64,000 nt of DNA, taken from positions 288,548,001 to 288,612,000 of the forward strand of contig OZ024743.1 of assembly GCA_964016885.1 (NCBI GenBank). Reading direction: 5' to 3'. Shown here piece by piece: positions 42,797 to 58,924 of this stretch. Under the pieces are notes generated by a model, which worked only from the letters and a program-made list of their open reading frames with translations, had not been told where the DNA came from and searched no databases. Origin of the DNA: Eledone cirrhosa. Taxonomy: Eukaryota. The position numbers and the translations under genes were made by a program. Position 1 is the first letter of the stretch; every line of letters begins with the position of its first letter.

Positions 42797-43955
42797 GAGA
42801 GAAGCAAGAGAAGAGGAGATTAAATGGCTCTAACATATTACATATGAAAAGACACACGAGAGCAAACTCAGTAAAGGAAATATATAATATAATAAATAAA
42901 GTGGAACATGAATAAATAAATAAAACTTAAATATGAAAATACTAACTACCAAGCAACATTATTCAAGGTTACATACTCAGTAAGTACAATTTCTGATAGT
43001 GAACAATAAACCAGAGATTCGCTTTCTCTTTACACTGCGTTTTAAGTCTACTTCACAACCAACACCCAACCACCTATGTTTGTTTGTGTTTCTTGTGGCT
43101 TTGTCGGCTTTGCATGAATGTTTGTGTGTAGAAGGATTATTTTTGCGACAAAGAGATCGTATGCGACTTAAAATGGATTTTGTTCAGACTAGAGTTTACA
43201 TGTTGCTAGTTCTCGCCAACTGAAAGGTAGTTTTTATACCAGATTTTAGTTAACACACACACACTTGCATACACACAAGCGCATCTACACTCTAACACAG
43301 ACATATACACACACAATTACACACACACATATGTATGAATTTACGCAAATATGAATGTTTGTATGTATTTATGTATGTATGCATGTCTGTATGTATGAGT
43401 GTATGAATGTACGCATATATGTTTGTTTGTTTGAATGTATGTATTATGTATCTATGTGTGTATGTATGTATGTGTGTATGTATGTATTTATGGATGTGTG
43501 TGTGTTATGTATGTATGAATGCGTGTATGTATATATGTTTGCATATACGTTTATATGTAGAAATATATGTGAAAGAGCATTCAATAGACAGTAGGACTCA
43601 TATTTAAAGATAAACATTTAATGAGCCACGAGTATATTACTTAATGTTTCACAGACAGATATCTTTCATTGATGGAAATCACCCACACGCATGCAACACG
43701 CAAACACACATATACAGGTCTGGAACGTTTTCAATCGTTTGAAGTCATTAGGTAACTCCAGGATTATCGTGATGACTTTAAAGGAATGAACTGTTCTAGT
43801 CACGTAAAATCAACTCTACCTGAAAGTAACCATGTATCTTCTCAACGTATTCGGTACCTAGTTCAATTGTAGACTTATATAGTTCCTCCCACGAAAACCA
43901 TTCTGTATCATATATATGTATATTTATATATATATATATGTATATATATATATTT

Positions 43956-44136
43956 ATAATTGTTTCTACTTTAGGCACAAGGCCAGCAATTACCCAGTGC
44001 ATTACTGGTACTTTGTTTTATCGACCCCGTAAGGATGAAAGGTAAAGTCAACCTCGGCGGGATTTGAACTCAGATCGTAAAGGGACGTAACTATGCTGGT
44101 AAGCATGGCGTCCGACCCTCTACCGATACTGCCAAT
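43956..44136 (-). mobile_element. Family-A SINE, near-consensus
   Basis: Reverse complement of the full consensus. Confidence 0.9.
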
Positions 44137-44199
44137 TCACATATATATAATGAATATTGAACATTTACCATCTTTGCCTTTCACCATTATATAAATATA

Positions 44200-44231
<32 letters not shown>

Positions 44232-44245
44232 CACACATATATATG

Positions 44246-44335
<90 letters not shown>

Positions 44336-44689
44336 TATATTTGTGTGTGTGTGTGTCTGAAATAAGTACGCGTATGATTTATGTCTTTCCATACAATTTC
44401 CTTTTCTTTCTTACACACATACACACAAAATCACAATACATTAAACAGAACCACCGTCTTTATTGCTTATGGTTGTGTTTATTTAAACATTCGACACGGC
44501 ACTGCTAAAACAGTTTGTTACCTGAATGAAACACCGCTCTAAAACTATATTGCAAACTCCACCACTACCACTGCCACTACCTCAACAACAACACGAAAAT
44601 GTGTAACAGAAATAAGTAGGAATAGCAGCAACAGTGACTACAGTAACAACCACCACAACAACAACAGAAGTAATAACAGCAACAAAGAT

Positions 44690-46340
44690 GACGAGGTCTC
44701 AAAAGCGATTATTTTCTTTACGAAGGCGGCTAAAATCGTGGAAAGCGTCCACGACAGTCAAGAGGAAATGAAGGAGGTAAAACAATTAGTAAAGAAAAGT
44801 GGCCACATGGTCAGCCTCACTCATCGACCCGACATCATGGAGAACAGACGTCTTGGTACGGTTTCGTACTCCACAATTAGTACGAAATCGCGCAAGGTGG
44901 AGCAGATAAGTGACTCCCAAATCCCAAATGCTATGAGTGCGTGTGGGCACATAAGACATAAATAGCCCGGGGGACAAAATATGACACTGTGGATGTTCTC
45001 TTTGACACCCCACAAGAAGCCAGGACACACTCCATCTCACCACCCACAGCGAAGAGATGACCATGGTGACAACATACTATGGTCAAATAATCGTAAGGGT
45101 TAGAGTAACGCAAGTGTCACTCTCAATAACCATTTCTTTGCTTTTGGCGGCTGTCCTTACTGACGTCGAGGAAACAACTACAATACTGGACACGGTAGAA
45201 ATAAAGCAAGAAACTGAATAGGATTGGGGATGGATTTGCTGATCCAAACACACCAGGAAAGTATAGAAGCCATCCCCGATGTGAGAGACCTCGATGACGG
45301 CATCCACCTGTCCGTACCGGTCGAGGGTAGAAGGCCAAGTTGCCACATTTGTGGAAATAAAATCCGCCTAAAAGCCTTCTGCCCGAAACACACAAAAGCA
45401 GGGTCGAGGTCCTCTCTCCTTCCCACGCCGGATCACATGCTGGGTGCAACCAAAAAAACAAAAAAAAAACAAAAGAAAACAAAAAAAAAAAAGCAATACC
45501 AGCATAAAACAACTGCTACAATAAAACACCCACGTATACCACAAACTGCAACACCAATGCCAGTGGAAGACATACCCCTCCCCGAAGTCGCACAATTGGC
45601 TATGGACTGTGACAAGGATGAAGGGTGGAAAACAACCAGAGAAAAAAACGAAAGACCCCCAAAATAGGGTGAAGGAAACAAACAGAAAAAACTCAGAACT
45701 TCAACGCCACCACCATCAACACCTTAAAAATGCCAACAACAGCCCAAACAAAATCAAACCCACGTCCGCAACAACAACAAGCTGAAATCCAGAAAAACTA
45801 TACAACTGTCATGCACTACACAGCAATAAACACGAACAACAAACAAATTACTTAACTTCATACTAGTATTACAGAAAAAAACTATACAACATCCCCTAAA
45901 TTTACACCACCCACACTCATTTATAGATTACACAAATAAATAAAATAACATACATTCTTCTCAAGAAAATGTTCACTGATTCAATTTGAGACCTCCGAGA
46001 AACCCTCTATAGAAGAATATACAGAGACATCCTTGTTGAGAGGGCCAGAGGGACGAAGCAACCGTCCCTCCCCCAGAAAGGCTGATAACAGCAGCCGAGA
46101 CACGGGAAGCTGCACAACGCACAAATCACGTTTTACGTAGACATGCCAGACTCGTTCTCCGATGTCCTTGAAGCTGTCAACTGCAACTGATAGAGTGAAA
46201 GAGTGCATCACAGAGGGAGAATCGACCTCAATATGGGACTGACACTTTTTTCTATCAACCTTTAAATGAATAAAGGTACAGAGATTTGAACTCAGAAGCA
46301 TTCTAACCCACGTTTTAACGAGTCGGTCACTTTGGTGCAC
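44690..46340 (+). mobile_element. Decayed non-LTR retrotransposon, gag-like ORF1 with zinc knuckle (L1/Tx1-like)
   Basis: ORF 45224-45667 contains LSVPVEGRRPSCHICGNKIRLKAFCPK, i.e. CX2CX4(H>R)X4C preceded by a V.GR.P motif typical of L1/Tx1-type ORF1. The upstream frame (YYGQIIVRVRVTQVS...) is joined by a frameshift and a TGA. Boundaries are approximate. Confidence 0.6.
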
Positions 46341-46656
46341 CGAAAGAAAAAAAATACTTCAAATCTTTTCAAACCTTTTGCCACGTCTCTCGTTATAAAT
46401 GTAGGGATTTGAATCTGAAATTTAACAATAAATGTATAATCTATATTTCTTCTCGGTGTTTATTATATATAGGTATAAGTAATTTATTCACTCTTGTATA
46501 GTCTGTGTGTGCGTATGTGAATAGATTTATATGTATGTTATATGAGGATCAGTAACGTGAAACGTCGAGTAGCGACTCACGAAAACTTTTATTCTTGACT
46601 GCTACGGTATTGAGTATTTTTTCCTGCTAAGCATTTCACACTCGTTTGATACTTTG

Positions 46657-46713
<57 letters not shown>

Positions 46714-46753
46714 CAATATATATATATATATATATATATACATACATATATAT

Positions 46754-46804
<51 letters not shown>

Positions 46805-47739
46805 CGTACACACAGGTGTGTGTGCCTATGAGCGTCTATGAGTGCGTGTGTATGTATTTGCATATGCATTATGATGCTTCTGGTGTGCGATGCTTCTATG
46901 CGTGTGTAACATATATGTATGATTGTTTGTATATATAATGGTATATAGTGTGAATATGTATTTATATTTTATGTGTTTCTTTATTTATTCACTCTACTCA
47001 CTACGTGCTGTTTCATTGCTTTATGTTCCCGATAGCCAGACATATCGTCTGATTAACATGGAACATCAACAAACCAACGAAGGGAGAGACCAGAACAACA
47101 GAACATGCAACAACTTCGACATCAACGTCGGTGGAAAGGAGAGAAAGGAAGAGGAGGAGGAAGAGGAGGAGGAGATACTGTAGAAGTGTGAGAGAAAGGA
47201 AGAGGAGAAAATTAAGAAAGTGGTAGTAGTTGAAGTATTATTTGTAGTTGTAGTAGAGAGTGATAAAAATAATTATGGGTGGTAGATTTAAGGGTTTAAC
47301 ATCTCCGCCTAGCCTTTGAGTAACTTAAAGGAGTTCCGTCTGTTGCAAGCGTTCAGGCCCGGTTTCCAGTTTAAGTATACCTGCTTACTTCCCTCCTACC
47401 AGTTAAAATTAAAATATCCTTTATTATTGCCATAAAGTCGATGGATGAGGTGACATTATTGGGAGGGGTTTCAAAATGTTTAGAAGTTACATAGAAATCG
47501 GGTAAATGGAAAAATGGTGGTATACTACGTATACAAAGTGTGTCTCAGTCCCAGTAGGGAGAACCACCAGCCTAGGTCAATCAATGAGCACCACAGTTCC
47601 ATGACTGATCCCTCTCTCAACTGCGCTCATCGGGATACAGAGCATGTTGAGATCAGATTAGTTCCTCAATTCAATCACACCTTTCAGCAAATTTACTGAA
47701 ATGTAGTAACTCTCTTTTAATTTTAATTTTCTTTCCCAT

Positions 47740-48230
47740 GTTGAACTTAGAGTTCATGATAGCTTGACAGAAGAGACAATCCTACCGAAGCCAACTTTTC
47801 ATTTCACCCATTTGAAGTCGTTAAAATAATGTACCAGTAGTAGTAAAATAATATACTGAGGTTGATGTAATCGAATATATCCCCCTCTCACATTTTCGAC
47901 TCTGTGCATATGTAATGCTTCAATAAGATAAACTACCTGTCAAGTACTGAAGTCGATTTAATCAACTTATCCTTCATCTCAAATTTCTGGCCGTCTGCCT
48001 TTACAATACAATAAAAATAAAGTACTACTAAAGAACTGGTGTTGGTTTAATCGTCATATACCTCTGAAATTTCTGACATTCGTCTCTTTCGGCTCTTTAC
48101 GTTTTGAATTCAGCTTTGCCTTTCATCCATCTGGGTTCGATAAAATATATTACCAGTCAAGTACTGGGTTTATTTGATCGACTTCACCATATCTACAAAT
48201 TGTTAGCCTCTCACCTAAAATAGAAACCTT
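47740..48230 (+). mobile_element. Cluster of old family-A SINE fragments
   Basis: Repeated aactttt/gcctttcatcc...gtaccagt...gtactga/gg...aatcga motifs. Confidence 0.6.
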
Positions 48231-49126
48231 TATCCTATTCGACTCTATCTCATCAACATTAGTTTCAGTTTCTCGTATTTAAATTCCATTCATTCCATTT
48301 GATCTATTGTCAATAAACAAATACTTGTTTTAAGAAAAATGAATAATTGATCGCCTTGATTATGACAGACACACATTGTGTAATCAATAAAGCGATTGAT
48401 TGTTATAGGGATTATGTGATTAGGGGATTGCAATAACCTCAAATGGACCACATATCCATATTGGTTTACACTGCTACTTAAAAAATAAACAAAATAATAC
48501 ATGTCCTAGTTTGTTTAATAAATCAGAGATTTACATACTTTTGCTTGCTTAATGGTCACATTTCCTGCAATGATTGATTGGTCGGCGAATTATCTATCTA
48601 TCTATCTATCTATCCAATATATCCAGTGCCAATGCATCTATATGTGTTTGTATCTACCAGTCTAAGTATATCCGATGGTCCCTGTCCTCCATTCTCAATA
48701 TGGATAGAGAAATAAATAGATAAACTACGGCCATCACTCATAATCGAATATGAATTGGAAGTAGATACCATCAGGATCGGTTTGCTAACAGTTTGAGGTG
48801 TCCATGTAGTTGCATGCAGTTACACTCAGCCTTTAACCATAAGAACATCAAAGATGTGAGAGTGGGAAGGACAGTGGACAGCGCCGACATTTAGCAGCTA
48901 ATAAGGATGAAATTTGACTTCGGCAGGATTGTAATCCAAACTCAGCAAGAGAGCCAGAGTAAATTGAGCAACAGATTCTATCTGACACATTAACGACTTC
49001 ACCAAATGACCATTTTACATTTTACATAGAGATGATGTACATAGATGGATAAATAGAAAAGAGGAAAAGAGAGTCGACGAGGGTGGGCGAGGGACGGAGG
49101 GTAAGATATAGAGTGAGAATAGAAGG

Positions 49127-49197
<71 letters not shown>

Positions 49198-49207
49198 GCA
49201 TAAATGA

Positions 49208-49535
49208 GAACTCGTGTGGCTTAGTGGTTAGAGTATTCGGTTCGTGGTTGTAAGGTGGTGGGTTCAATTACTGGACCAGGCAGCGATCTGTCCCCGAGTA
49301 AGACACATTAGATCACATTGCTCCAGTCCACTTAGCAATGAAAAATACTTGTACCTGTTAATCAAAATACCAACTTTGTCAGACAGGGTCGGTCTCTGGC
49401 TAAATCTTCATGAGAGCTGAAATAAGGATCACGTGTCAATGGAATGCTTAGCCACCTGCACGGTAATTTCACGAGCAGTCTGTTTCGCTGTTCAAACAAT
49501 TGGAACACTCATCGTCGTAACAGAGGGAGATCCAA
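49208..49535 (+). mobile_element. tRNA-derived SINE, family B
   Basis: A-box TGGCTTAGTGG, B-box GGTTCAATT, then tgtcc..gag.aagacac..ttgctccagtccact. Related copies at 52438-52560 (+) and 60420-60640 (-). Confidence 0.75.
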
Positions 49536-49642
49536 CATACATGTGTGGCTATGTGTGAGAGTGGGTGTGTATTTATGTATGTATGTTCATAAATAACGTG
49601 TAATTAAAGGCAGAGGAAGAGAGAGAAAGAGAAAGAGAGAGA

Positions 49643-49701
<59 letters not shown>

Positions 49702-50269
49702 GGTAACTCTATCCTCTCCCGGTACACACAATCGTTTTGTCACACAATGAAAGTCTGTTCTCACAAATGTATAAATATATAACTATTGACACACACACAT
49801 ATACATACACAAACATAAACCTATATACATACGCACACACATACGCATATACATACACTTACATAAACATACACACATACACAAAAATATTTGCGCATAC
49901 AAATTCACAGCGGTTACATATGCAAAATGAATACGCACACTTACACACATGTTTAAAGAATACTTTAAAAAATATAGAGGGACACACACGTACATATACA
50001 CAGATGTATTGCTCACATTGATATTGAACGCTTACAGTTATTTTTACGTATCGACACAAGGAGATGTGTATCGCTCTCTCTCTCTCCCTCATTTCTCTCT
50101 TTCTCTCATCTCTCTCTCTCACTCTCTCTTTTTCTCTCTCTCGATTAATATCACCCTCGGTCTCTCTGGTTTCTTAGTTTCGTTCTTCATCGATTTCTTT
50201 TCCTTCTGTTGATGATCCTTTTTCCTTCTATGATTTTTCAGCTCCTCCGTCCCATTTCCCTCTATCTAT

Positions 50270-50543
50270 CTATATGGCCCGAGTGATTGGGCCTTCTCTG
50301 TTTATAAGCCTGTAGGTTAAAGAGAGCAAAAGGAAGAAAGGAGCACTTGCACAATACGCTCCTGGAGTTGAGGGTTGTTCTATCGACGGGGTATTAAACA
50401 ACCCATTTGTGGCGCTTCCCCCTATTGGGGATTTCGATTGTTGTAATTGTTTGTTTTATATTTTTTACACTACTGTATGTAAAATCCCCGGCATGTCTTT
50501 GTATTGTCCCCTTTTCTTGTGCGCCCTTGTGGCACATAAAGAA

Positions 50544-50585
<42 letters not shown>

Positions 50586-50603
50586 TTATCTATCTATCTA
50601 TCT
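50270..50603 (+). mobile_element. LINE 3' end with (TCTA)n tail
   Basis: Ends gcccttgtggcacataaagaaa followed by (tcta)n. Same terminus as 2365-2440 and 58925 (minus). Confidence 0.55.
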
Positions 50604-50633
50604 TTCCTCCCCTCTCTCTCTGTATATATATAT

Positions 50634-50666
<33 letters not shown>

Positions 50667-51747
50667 AATCTGGATGGATTCAGTTTGAAACAGATAAAAC
50701 CATTCATTACTCACAGAGTACTCGATACTCGGGATTAGTAGGATCTGGAACTGGCTGTTGAAACGACACAAGCTCTGTCATCTGGGTCCCGACTCGTTAA
50801 AATCTGTGACGTCTTGGTCAATTGTATTTTACCGTTGTTCGATATCAGTGAAATTGGCTAGAGGTTATTTAGAAGCCCGTCGATTGGACTCTACACATAG
50901 CACGATTGTGTAACCTTGGCAATACTGCATCACGCTGAATCTACTTGAGAACAACCCTAATGATACCCGTGTCTGTGGAATACTCACCCACTTTCACGTT
51001 AATTGAACAAGTAAGCTGATCCGTTTATCCAACCAGAATATGGTACCTCACAATCATATTACAGTGCTTGGTGATTCCCAGACACACGAGGTAGGGTGGC
51101 TGCTGCAGCGGGTGTCGCTGACCACTGTCCGTGGAAATACCTTTTGTCATTTTGTCCGTGAAGTGTAGCCGAAACACCGCTGTGACTTAAGTATATAATC
51201 TCTCCCCCTCTCCCCCTCTCCCCTTCCCAATTAACACATAGGATCAGTCATCGTCGAAACCAGAGAAGTTCCATTATAATTTCCGTGCAGCAAAGCATTA
51301 CTTGACATAACGCAGGTACATTTGATCTGTACACAATGACAATAAAGACCCTTGCTTGCTTCATGTGAGTCACTATAAACAAACAAATAGGTTCTCACTC
51401 TACAAACAGCTAAACATGATTCGCTTTAGACACTCACGTTCAACAGTTTGTTTCGGATATAGAGCCGAACGTCCTGTCATTAACGAATCAACAAACGATA
51501 ATGATGTGACCCCACTATTTCTTTCTCTCCCCCACTCTCCTTCATTTTCAAACTACCTCCTTTGACAATATCCTACCCTGCTTTCCCTATCTGTTTATTT
51601 CTATATCTCTAGATATGAGCGTGTATTTGTGATTACGTGTGCTTCTTGGTCATGATATATAGATGTAAATGTGTCTGACTATGTGTCTATATATGAATGG
51701 TATGATTAAAGTGTGAATGTAAGTCGGTTTCTTTCTGTGCTCTATGC

Positions 51748-51853
<106 letters not shown>

Positions 51854-52060
51854 CATGTGTGCATGTGTGCGAGTATGTGTATGTGTCTATACGTATATTT
51901 ATGATTGTGCCCGTGCACGCCTGTACTTATGTGTATTTTTACTTATATTTCTATAGGTGTAACTAACATACGCTAACACACAATATGTTGTATAGACTCT
52001 AGTTCAATGATTGATGAATAAAAGATCAATTGAAAAAGAATATATACACGCGCACGCACG

Positions 52061-52093
<33 letters not shown>

Positions 52094-52311
52094 TAGAAAG
52101 ATCCAGTATCGAAAAATCGGCGCACGAGTTCACGATAAACAAAATTCGAAATGAGCGGCAGAGGGCTCAATAATTCAGATGAATCAGAGCTATAACTATC
52201 GTTAAAATACCGTCACATATAGAACAAGTCTACAATCAACCATACGATAAAAAATCGATAATAGAAGATTCGGGACAAACAGATAAAAAATATCAATAAA
52301 ACAATACATCA

Positions 52312-52560
<249 letters not shown>

Positions 52561-53043
52561 AGAGTTGCGACCGATAGATAGTATTAGCATTTAGAAAGAC
52601 CAATGGAAACATTGTTTCCTCGGTCCGATTTGACGAGCTCCACCGCACTCATTAAGCCAATGAATTCTGGTATTTTGTTAATCGACTGTCGACATATATA
52701 TATATATTAGGTAATTCAGAAGGAAAAGCAAAGGAAAAAGAGTGCTCTATGTATAGAACAGAGCTATTTAAGTATATTAACATTGTCTGGGACCCAGAAA
52801 CCTTTGTTCTGTGTATGAACATAAATAAATTATATAACAATGCATATTTATATATATATATATAGTTAAAATATGTAGTCCTAACGGACAGCTCAACAGT
52901 TTCAACTACATATTTTAAATGTGGCTACTCTGTATCTTAATATGCATTGAATATGTCCCGTTTATTGCACCATTGGTATATCTCACACACACACAGACGT
53001 ACACACACACACACACACACACACGTACACACACACACACACA

Positions 53044-53084
<41 letters not shown>

Positions 53085-54265
53085 ACACACACACATATAC
53101 ACAAACACCCACACCCACACACACATGTATATATATATATTTAAGTATACATAGTAAAGAAACTTTTAACATAGAGAAGAGAAATTGTGTAAAATGTAGT
53201 TAGGGTGAGAAAGGCAGCACTTATGACCCTTTTATTTCTGATGAGATCGAGTGAACGTACCAAAGGGCACCGAAGGACCATGTAGTGGATTTAAACTTGT
53301 TCATGTGGTTAATTATTTTTACATATATTTCATTACTGCACTAGGGCTTGATGAACACAACCACAAGAATATGGAATAGCCGAACTCCCACTGTCATCGT
53401 CTCCATCTCTCTCGCCCTCCCCATCTCTCCATATGGTGAGCAAATGGGGTCCCACGTGCTGGCTTCTCCACAGCCCCAGCGGACAGAATGGAGAAGGCGT
53501 TTCCCCGGAGGATGGTAACGGATTATGTCTAGCATTGAAGTAGTCGATAGCGGAATTGAACTCAAATTGCGAAGAGCCAGAATAAATACATTATGGCATC
53601 TCGTGTAACCCTCTAACAGTTCTACCAATTTCCCAGCCATAAGGGGTTCTTTATTTTATAAAGCCAGAAAAATGATTGGTGAAAGTGGCCTCGCTGAACT
53701 TGAACTCCCGACAAAGGGAAAAGTTTGTTTTGAGAAAATATTAGAAAGAAAATGAAACACAGATAGATGGATAACTAGAGAGAGAGAGAGAGAGAGAGAG
53801 AGAGTCCGATTGTGTGTGTTAGTGTGTTTGAGAGGCATAACTGAAGAGAAAGACAGATAGAGAAGGAGAGGGAGAGTGGGAGAAAGAGAAGGATAACGAG
53901 TAAAGAAAAGGACTGACACATCTAAATAAAAGAAATGTTGCTCCAATCTGAATGGACATAGTATGCTTGCACACACGCATACTCATAAAAACAAACAGAA
54001 ACAAATACACGCACACATGTACACACGTATACACTCATTTACAGAGACACAAATTGACGCTCATATACATACACAGACATATATACACATCTATACACAG
54101 ATACATGCAAACACGATTATGTACATACAGTCATCCATAATCGAGGTTTTGTACGTGAGTATTAAAATATAATAGAAAGAATTTAGAGCTGAAAGGATTT
54201 CTGTCGCCAGTCGGATATTTCAGTCAGATATTTCAAGCTAGAGTATGAACAATTTTATAGGAAAC

Positions 54266-54340
<75 letters not shown>

Positions 54341-54794
54341 ACCACCACCCCACACTCATGTATATGAGATGATAAAATACATTTGTTACAGAAACTAATG
54401 CCTCTTATTCAGGGAGAGATTAATCTGTAAATCTTTAAACTAAATTGGATACAATACAGTCTAGAGCTCCATAGCTAAATAAAGTCATGATAAGCTTTTT
54501 GTGGTTCTGTCTCTATTCAAGACATGTACACATGAATACACCGCTATAGGATTGTATATATACACAGAGACAGAGAGACAGACCGACATACACACACTCA
54601 CGCACAAATATATATTTCCAAATATATCTGTGTTGTGTGGAGGGGTTGCGTGTGTAACCTAATGTGGAACTCCAGTATGGTCGCAATTTAATTACTGAAA
54701 TCAGTAAAAGAATAAACAGTACATATACAGACACGCCCCCACCCGATATATACATATATATTCCATGTCAGACCATGTCTCCCCCGTGGCTCAT

Positions 54795-54850
<56 letters not shown>

Positions 54851-55403
54851 TGTTAGCCTAGAGCTATTTATATTCTTAATTCAGTAAATGTGTGTGTATG
54901 TATGTGTGTGTGTGTATGTATGTGTGTGTGTATGTATTTCTCCATTTATACATCTATATGTGTATATGCAAGTATTTTTGTGCATAACCATGTTTGATGT
55001 TTTTATTTTGATATATTAAAAGTTTATATATATAAATGCAAATAGACATATATACAATGACTCATACATTTACGTTTTCACACACTCAAAAACAGACTAA
55101 GCAATATGTATTATATAATGTTAGTATATTGTAATGAATTTGTATTCAAGGACAATGTTGGCATTCAATCTTCAAAAAAAGATGAATAGTTACACCATAA
55201 CGTTAAGAAAAGTAATGACGGTATGCATATTACAAATGTGACCATCACTGCAGCCATCTTGGTCATGATGATGATCGACATTATATCACACCTCCCTTAG
55301 TATTTATGTAAAAGCGAAGTAGATGAGAGTATATGGATGTTTATAATACATAGCCATACTGTATAAGTGTCCATATGCACGATTATACGCAACCACGCAG
55401 CTG

Positions 55404-55441
<38 letters not shown>

Positions 55442-55641
55442 GGGGGGGGGTTGTATGCGTGCGTATGTATAAATGTGTCTTTGTACATAACATGGAAAAC
55501 TATCCTTTTAAATGTTAAAAATGAAATTGCTTTTAATTTCGCTTTTTTTTTATAAAGTATATCATTATATTCTTACAGACCCCCACCCCACACATATAAA
55601 TATATATTTATTTATATTTATATTTATTTTATATATATATA

Positions 55642-55729
<88 letters not shown>

Positions 55730-55730
<1 letters not shown>

Positions 55731-56350
55731 CGTTACCAACAAAAACATCAGTAGTTAGGATGTCAACAATGCATGGTGAGATAATTTGCAGCATCTCTTC
55801 AGTGGTCGAAAATGAACTAAGTAAAAATGAACTGAAGAAATGGATTACATCAACGAAGAAGTGTTGACAGACTGTATAGGGACAATGGTTTAATCAATGC
55901 AGCGTGGCAATTATAGGACGTGAGCTGTGTATTTAGGAAAAGGGAAGAGAAACCTATGTTTGCCGTTAGGAAGGTTATTAGCGGATAATAGGAGAAAATG
56001 GTTATAAACAGAAGAAAAAATGATGACATAGAAAACATCAAAATATATAATCGTAAAAAGGTGTTATATTTGCCAGCCAAACACAAGAAGACATAACAGA
56101 ATAAAAGAGTGAGATATGATGGAAGAAGGAAAGACTAAATACGGAAAGTAATCCAACAGAACACCTGACCATTATTGCTGCACAATAAGAAAAAAATGAG
56201 TAGAAATCTTGTTAAAGCAAAACCAGAAGGAAATCAGCAAACAGAAAGATAGTAGCTATCACATATGTGGCAATGTCGACAGTACTTTCCGCCATATTTT
56301 ATGTGTAAAATGTCGCACGCAAGATGGCAGAAACGAATATTAAAGGAAAC
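55730..56350 (+). mobile_element. Decayed R4/Dong-like (restriction-like endonuclease) non-LTR fragment
   Basis: Collinear remnants VDRLYRDNGLIN (55863), TIIAAQ* (56168) and SYHICGNVDSTFRHILC (about 56254) resemble the DRLY..GGRGL, LI.AAQ.Q and CxxC...HI..C motifs of that clade. Confidence 0.5.
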
Positions 56351-57093
56351 ACGACAGAATAGGCTAAATGGTAATTTTAGAAGTCTAATAGGTAATATGA
56401 ATTCAAAGTAGATGAAACATTGTATAACATAAGAAGCTGTTATGAAAAATAATTATTCTATGACTACGAGGAATTTTCCTGTGCAAACTGACGATACGAT
56501 TGAAGTACGGACGTCAGAGATTATCATACCAGACGATTAAAAATGTATGCAACATCATCGGATTTTATTATATCATATGATAACAGTGTTGTTAGCGATA
56601 TTATTGTTGTTGTTGCAGTTAACACCTGCGTAGCTGAAACCGGTATTCTCTAATTTTCATTTCAAAGGAAGCCTCTTGGGTGATTTACTATTTCTAATAT
56701 GTCACCATATGTTTTCGGTGAGAGGAAGAAGGATTTGAACTTAGAACACACAGAGTCGGAGCAGATATTGCAAGGCATCTACTTCAATAATTCCCCAATC
56801 TATCGCATTTGAGCGGTACTTCGTTTATATAGAAAGAAAAAGGAAAAGGCAAAGTTAAACTGAGGGGAATTTGAATTCATCATCGTTTGTAGATAACAGG
56901 ATTGAAGCAAAAGAAAACGAAACAACTGAACTATGCCGGTCATTATTGAGGTGTCCAGAGTACTTCATCCCGAGATTACAGCGGGAAGGGATTGGGACAA
57001 GGGAGGGGTGATAAGAGGGAGAAAGAAGAAAGAAAGGGAGGAGGAGAATATGAAGAAGATGAAAAAGAAGACGGATGGACGGATGGAGGGTGA

Positions 57094-57178
57094 GAAGAAG
57101 AAGAAGAAGAAGAAGAAGAAGAAGAAGAAGAAGAAGAAGAAGAAGAAGAAGAAGAAGAAGAAGAAGAAGAAGAAGAAG
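57094..57178. repeat. (GAA)n microsatellite
   Basis: Explains the poly-K, poly-R and poly-L ORFs. Confidence 0.95.
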
Positions 57179-58339
57179 GTATTTACGACAGTATATGTCA
57201 GCGTTCAGCCACAATCAACTGGAGGAAGTTGATTGCACAGTAGAGAGGATTTCAAAGTCAATGAAAATAGATATGTGTATAGAAGACCTCTATGAAGAAT
57301 TTTTGTTGCTTTTTTTCCTGGGCATTATTGTTGTTCTTGTTGGTGATAATGATCTCGCCGTTGCCTTCATTATCATTGGAGTGGTCATTACGTTTGTGGT
57401 TGTTGATTAACCTCAGTTCAACCACGAATAGCAGCATATGTATGTTCTAGCCATGAAATGTCCATCTCGTTCTTTTGTTGAAGAGACGACAGGGCTGATT
57501 TGAGGAAGATTTAGCTGCTATATTTCTCAATTCAAACAATAATACCACTTAGAGGCTTATTCATTCGGAATGTGGCATTTGTTGCCAACTTAGATAAGAT
57601 GAATAATGGCAATAAATCAGAAGAAAAAATATAAAAAGAAAATTGAACGTGATTAGACTGATAACAATTGAAGATAAAGAAGAAATTATCTTGCATCATA
57701 AAGAGATTAGAAGAGCTACTTAGAAAGGAACTATTTGATTAAATATAACTTGAAGGGATTAACAGCCAGCTTGCTGATGGGTGACCAGGATCAAGCACAA
57801 CAATTCCGTTACGAAAGAAATTTGCCATTTTGTGCGCGTTGAAACAAATGTCTAATTGATTAAGAAAGAGAATGGACAAAGGATATGTCGCATCCAATCA
57901 TTGGCTATAAAACATAGCACTATCAAATAAACACAAAAAAAATGCGTATGTTCTGTACAAATATTATAAGTAAAAAAAACTAGATAAGAATGCTAGAACA
58001 TATTAAAGGTTCTCCTGAGTAAAACGAATTATATATATATTTACTCATGTCTATATGTATATAATATACACGTTTATACACATACACAAATGCTTGTATA
58101 TTTAAGTTATAAATTAAATAAATAATTTCGAAGAATATAATTGCAACTGTTTAAAACTCAGCCTGTTAATTCTAGGGCATTTGACAAACAATGCTGTAAT
58201 TACTCCGTGGTTTACTGTGTAAACATACACACACGTGTGTGCCTAACATACACGCATACACTCGAGCACATATATGCCTGTTATATATATATATACATAT
58301 ATGTGTGTGTATATATATATATATGTACATATATGTGTG

Positions 58340-58406
<67 letters not shown>

Positions 58407-58641
58407 TTCTTTATATTATATATATATATATATATATATTCATCCACGCAGTGATATCTCTATGAGCGTGTTTAATTTGTTTAATTTAAACAAGGAAATT
58501 ACGATAACAACATAAACCTGGCGTCTATTGTTAATTATATTTTATACTGACTGTGATTGTTGCAATCATTCTAATTTATACAAACACTACACATGTGTCA
58601 GCCTGTCTTCATCTCTGCCTCACACATTCTTTCTCTACACT

Positions 58642-58691
<50 letters not shown>

Positions 58692-58924
58692 TATCACATC
58701 ATATCATCTTATATCTGTTTAGATATATATGTATATATATATATTATTTTTAAAATATATATATTATCAGCTATGTATTTATATGATAATTGCATAACAA
58801 TAAACACACACTGATTCCTTGGTATATTAAATGAATATTGTTTAATACTACTGATAATACTACAACTACTACTACTTCTACTACAATTACTGTCGCTGTC
58901 GCTGTTATTTCCCCTACTAATAAT

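Noticed and set aside
53341-53640. 99-aa non-repetitive minus-strand ORF
   Set aside because: No recognisable motif or splice context; probably decayed repeat sequence.
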